Below are positions 59,980 to 64,000 of a stretch of DNA of 64,000 nucleotides, one piece after another. Source of the stretch: Candidatus Poribacteria bacterium. GTDB lineage: Bacteria; Poribacteria; WGA-4E; PCPOR2b. The notes beneath the pieces were generated by a model that saw only the letters and a list, made by a program, of their open reading frames with translations, did not search any database and was not told where the DNA came from. Positions within the stretch are counted from its first letter, which is position 1. Every line of letters begins with the position of its first letter. Location of the stretch: positions 3,616,001 to 3,680,000 of the forward strand of contig OZ242351.1 in NCBI GenBank assembly GCA_965208675.1, written 5' to 3'. Position numbers and translations under genes: made by a program.

Positions 59980-60786
59980 TCATTCATCAAAGACTTCGCT
60001 GCCGATTGAGCCGCCGGCATTCATCGCCAAGTTGCCGCCGTCCATCGGAATTATCGCACCGGTAATCCATGAGGACGCATCCGATGCGAGAAACACGGTT
60101 AGACCGCGGATGTCGTCAGGACTCCCGAATCGACCCATTGGAATGCCGCTGAGGAACCGATCCCTAATTCGCGGATCAGCGTCGATGCGTTTCTGCAAAT
60201 CTGGGTTTAATACTTGTGCGGGTAAAATCGCATTGACTCGCACACCGCGCCCCGACCATTCGGTGCTCAGCTCACGTGTCATCTGAACAACCGCACCCAT
60301 CGCCATGCTGTATGCGATGTGCCCGCGGCCCATACCCGTGATGCTTGCCAAAGAACCGAGACTTACGATGCTCCCACTTCCAGCAGTAAGCATCCGCCGC
60401 CCGGCTTCCTGACAACAACAGAATCTGCCATAGACAAGGTTGCGCCAAGTCTGTTCAACGTCTTCTAATGAGATAACCTCCGGTTTTGATCGGGTCGCTT
60501 CGCCCGCGACATTACCTAGAAAATCGATCCGACCAAATTCCTCGTCCACTCGTGCAAACATGGCGCGGATTTGATCCGGACGCGATACGTCACAATCAAC
60601 AGCGATGGCACGGCGTCCCATCGCCTTGATTTCTCTAGCAGTTTTCCCCGCACCAGCCAAGTCAATATCTGCAAGCATCAAGTCCGCCCCCGCTTCTGCC
60701 AAAGCTAACGACATCGCACGACCCATGCCACTAGCCGCTCCCGATACAACTGCAACTCGTCCGGCAAGATTGAACATCTCCGTCAC
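59980..60786 (-). CDS. SDR family oxidoreductase
   Basis: SGAASGMG, VRVNAILP, PMDGG; catalytic YxxxK appears as YSMAM. Confidence 0.9.
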   Translation of the reverse strand: MTEMFNLAGRVAVVSGAASGMGRAMSLALAEAGADLMLADIDLAGAGKTAREIKAMGRRAIAVDCDVSRPDQIRAMFARVDEEFGRIDFLGNVAGEATRSKPEVISLEDVEQTWRNLVYGRFCCCQEAGRRMLTAGSGSIVSLGSLASITGMGRGHIAYSMAMGAVVQMTRELSTEWSGRGVRVNAILPAQVLNPDLQKRIDADPRIRDRFLSGIPMGRFGSPDDIRGLTVFLASDASSWITGAIIPMDGGNLAMNAGGSIGSEVFDE

Positions 60787-61319
60787 AATCCCCTCTCTGT
60801 CTTCATTTTAAATCCAATTACGCTCTCATAGTTGGTGACCGGGATTGAAGCCCTTCTATTTCGTGATGCCTTGGCGCGGGTTCAACTCTTTAATCGCTAA
60901 CACATTTTACACACCGCGCCAAGTGTGTCAAGATGAGAAATTCAGGATTAACAAAAAAGACCTCAAGCATGCGTCATTGAGATTGGCAGCTGTTTTTACG
61001 TGTTGACTCTTTCTTTTCCAATCAACGATTCGAGTTTTTTCTGCAACTGGAAAGTCCTTTCGAACTTCTATGTCCGCTGCTTCTATCGTCTCTCGTAGGG
61101 CTCGATTTGCCTGAACGGCGCCGGCTCCATTGCCTTGTACCTGCTTCTCAAAAAAGATTGTAAACGACGCCGCTTCGACAAATTCATACCGCCGGCCGCA
61201 CACGGTTCTCTGTTCAAATTTATCCCCGGCAAGTGCGAATTTCACCGAATTAAACTATTCTCTTTCACTTTCGGTCTATAAGTAACGAAAATTCAACTCA
61301 AACGCCTGGAGGACTTACT

Positions 61320-61715
61320 ATGCACAGCCAGTTTGACTGGCCCCTTAGACCAGCCGATCTGAATACATCAACGACGCAGGCGCTTCCACTTATGTCAATG
61401 GCAGAAAACCTTTTGAAAGAAGCAACGCTTAAGGCGTCCGGGCGGTCCGCGCTGACATTAGCCCGCGGCGATGAGCTTACGGTGGTATTGACCGTACTCA
61501 AAGCTGGACATAAACTCGCCGAGCATCCTGCGCCAGCCGCAGCCGCTGTCACTTGCCTCGGCGGAAACATCTCGTTTAATACTGACGCTGAAAGAATTAC
61601 GCTAGAGCAAGGCGAGGCGGTTGTTTTTACCGCCGATGTCCTTCACTCTGTTTACGCCAACGAGGACAGTGTGTTTTTAATCGTTATTGGCGGCGCAGAG
61701 GCTAAACACAACTAG
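61320..61715 (+). CDS. Cupin domain protein
   Basis: LAEHPAP..LEQGEAVVF..LHSVYA; GGAGG RBS. Confidence 0.85.
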   Translation: MHSQFDWPLRPADLNTSTTQALPLMSMAENLLKEATLKASGRSALTLARGDELTVVLTVLKAGHKLAEHPAPAAAAVTCLGGNISFNTDAERITLEQGEAVVFTADVLHSVYANEDSVFLIVIGGAEAKHN

Positions 61716-61899
61716 GGCGGCAAATAGCGGATTTTCTTCGATAACCATAGACCGTTATGATGCGCTTAACCATTTCTCAAATTACTCGCCTTTTCCTGAT
61801 TGTCATCGCAATTTGCCCGCAGAAATTTGCCGCGGCAAAAGCGGTCCATTCAGTTTGGTTGGCCTGAATGCGTAGGGACGCTGCGTCTCCGGCTGCTGG

Positions 61900-63060
61900 T
61901 CAGATTTTGGCGCTGTGGGCACGTAGATACCGCGCCACCTCAACACGGTCTTCGTGTTCTGCCCATGCAAGCGGGGATAGGTGATGAGCACCGTCTTTAT
62001 GATTTAGGTTTGCACCTCGCTCTGCGAGAAGCATGGCTACCGCGAGATGGCCCTTGAACGCCGAAAAGTGGAGCGGCATCCACACTGCACCTAATCCGGG
62101 CGGCATCGCATCTACTCCCGCGCCTCGGTCAATCAGCAAGGCGGCAACCTCCGCACGACCATTCAAACTGGCAATACACAATGCTTCATCAAGAATCTCT
62201 TGCGGTTCGTCCGACCGAGACTTCTCTTCAAACCAGCCGATGTCGCCGAGGTTCGGTCGATCAGATGCCGCCTCCGGCTTCAGGGTTCCATCTTCAGCAA
62301 AGTAAGACTTAACCAAGTCAATGCCGCCGCCGCCCGCCGCCATCCAAAAGCTACACGGCGATATACCACGCTCAATCCAAAAATCGACAGTATCCCGATT
62401 CCCGTGCAACATGGCCGATTTTATCTGCCAAATGGCAGGAGATTCGTCCGAGCGTAACGCGCCGGTTTCGATGAGGAGTTGGACAGCTTCTAGATTGTTT
62501 GCCCAAAACACTTTTTCCATTCGAGCCCCCGCCCCAATAAGGGCGCGCATTATGGGAAGTCGAGTGTCGGTGGAGATGCCTTCGATCGAGGCGGCGTATT
62601 CTAGAAGTGTGATATAGTCCTCAGATACCTCTGGCACCTTTATCATCGCGTTGACAATGGAGGGGTCATGTGTTAACAGTTCTCTCAGTGTGTCTGAATC
62701 GCCTTTCCGGACGGCTTCAAACGCTGCACTCAAGGTTTCGTCGGTGCGCTCCGTAGGGTCGGCTCCGAGCATGATTGCACGTTCCACGAGTTTCGCCCAA
62801 CTCCTAAAACCCCTTTCACGCGCAATCACGAGTTGCGCCTCTTTTAATGACAGGTCAAACGCGCGGATTTGTTCATCTTTTGCGCCCGGGAAAAGCGGAT
62901 GGTATTCCCGAAGGCGATGAACAGCCCAACGCAAACCAGATTGATGCGCCTTCAATAGAGTTCGCGCTAGTCTGTGGTAGTAGGCGCCGCCATTCCCCCA
63001 TCCCCACAGCATATGGTCGCGCGGGTCTCGCGTGGAGTGCTCGATCAAGTTCACAGTCAT
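61900..63060 (-). CDS. Ankyrin repeat protein
   Basis: AQLVIARERGFRSW N-terminal motif; PLHFSAFKGH..LLAERGAN, SPLAWA. Confidence 0.88.
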   Translation of the reverse strand: MTVNLIEHSTRDPRDHMLWGWGNGGAYYHRLARTLLKAHQSGLRWAVHRLREYHPLFPGAKDEQIRAFDLSLKEAQLVIARERGFRSWAKLVERAIMLGADPTERTDETLSAAFEAVRKGDSDTLRELLTHDPSIVNAMIKVPEVSEDYITLLEYAASIEGISTDTRLPIMRALIGAGARMEKVFWANNLEAVQLLIETGALRSDESPAIWQIKSAMLHGNRDTVDFWIERGISPCSFWMAAGGGGIDLVKSYFAEDGTLKPEAASDRPNLGDIGWFEEKSRSDEPQEILDEALCIASLNGRAEVAALLIDRGAGVDAMPPGLGAVWMPLHFSAFKGHLAVAMLLAERGANLNHKDGAHHLSPLAWAEHEDRVEVARYLRAHSAKI

Positions 63061-63146
63061 TGATTAAAATTGTCCTCGTAAATCTTATGGGCTAGTAAAC
63101 TATTGGCTTATTTCAATCTTCATTTCTTAGACGTTCCTACCCCATT

Positions 63147-64000
63147 TTATAAGATCTTCGGTAGGTTGCAATTTTTGGTTGGAGTAACTATTATTGCCGC
63201 TGTAATGACAGTTCCGACAACGCCGATTGGCCAGAACCCACCGACTAAATCGACCGCCCAACCGAGCAACGGCGCAAGAACAACTGTCGCCGCCGATTTG
63301 GACTGCGATTCAATCGAAAGCACTGTTGCGGTCATATCCGGCGTGGAATGGGCGTTGAATCGGCTAATCAAAACCGGGCGCCAGAAATTCTCAAGGACGG
63401 CTAACGCCACGAATAGGCAAATAATCGCGGGATACAAGCCGAACCACAGCGACGGAATCAACATGGCGAACACTGCGCCGTTAATCCACCACAAAAAACG
63501 CGCCGCACTGTCATCGCTGCCCCGCCAATCGGCAATTTTGTGCGAATTGCGTGACGCGAGTGAAGACAGAAAGTAGAGTGCAAAATAAACGCCCGCTACC
63601 AGTATCGCTGTGCGCTTATCTGCATCAAATGCCAAAAGCAACGGTATTGCTATCGCTGTCTGCTTGAGAATGGGTTGGAGATAGTCCTTGCATGCCTTGT
63701 ACATCCCTTCAAACCCCATTGATTCGAGGTTAAGTCGACGGAGCGGGGCGGATTGGAGGAGCTGTTTCAGGGCTTTGCCGAGAACGATGAAAACCGCTTT
63801 GAGTGAAACCTGACTTTTCCGATCGCCGTCCAGTTGCACCGGATAACCCAAAAAGTTGATGATATTCAAGGCGTAGGGAATGACTGAGAACCAAAAGATG
63901 TCCGTAAAGTTGCCTCGGTAAAAGACCAACGCGCCGGCAATCAGCACTGAGATTGCAGATCCCATTTGTGACCACGAGCGCGTGTAACCGTAAACTTTCG
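63147..64000 (-). CDS. MFS transporter (5' end outside the window)
   Basis: Multiple TM helices; ATVLSIESQ; frame open to the window edge. Confidence 0.8.
   Translation of the reverse strand, partial: KVYGYTRSWSQMGSAISVLIAGALVFYRGNFTDIFWFSVIPYALNIINFLGYPVQLDGDRKSQVSLKAVFIVLGKALKQLLQSAPLRRLNLESMGFEGMYKACKDYLQPILKQTAIAIPLLLAFDADKRTAILVAGVYFALYFLSSLASRNSHKIADWRGSDDSAARFLWWINGAVFAMLIPSLWFGLYPAIICLFVALAVLENFWRPVLISRFNAHSTPDMTATVLSIESQSKSAATVVLAPLLGWAVDLVGGFWPIGVVGTVITAAIIVTPTKNCNLPKIL

Noticed and set aside
60928-61245. 105-aa minus-strand ORF
   Set aside because: No recognisable motifs or RBS; probably spurious, like the many antisense ORFs shadowing the called genes

Overview
Chromosomal segment of a bacterium, most likely Candidatus Poribacteria (inferred from PhyH, cohesin/dockerin, ankyrin and TPR proteins and a recurrent C-terminal 'V.P.GKLA..W..(L/I)K' motif). 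Housekeeping core: TPR-mutS2-dnaG-rpoD, tRNA-Ile2/Val/Gly, smc, queE, sodC. Accessory content: an IS3-family element, a MITE, several GTAG-type REP families with a RAYT remnant, a direct-repeat-bounded islet carrying a nuclease-membrane fusion plus a VWA-like protein, a cobalamin-riboswitch-controlled beta-propeller/dockerin gene followed by a cohesin gene, and five paralogous secreted proteins. A B12 radical SAM gene reads through UGA as a probable selenoprotein (C-U-A-E-P tail). The most striking locus is 56092-59942: an ECF sigma gene followed by a single ~1040-aa ORF that is a miniaturised RNA polymerase beta-beta' fusion, with a variant catalytic motif (NANFDGD), retained sigma-binding clamp helices, and no flap or trigger loop. 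All family assignments come from motif recognition by eye, not database searches.
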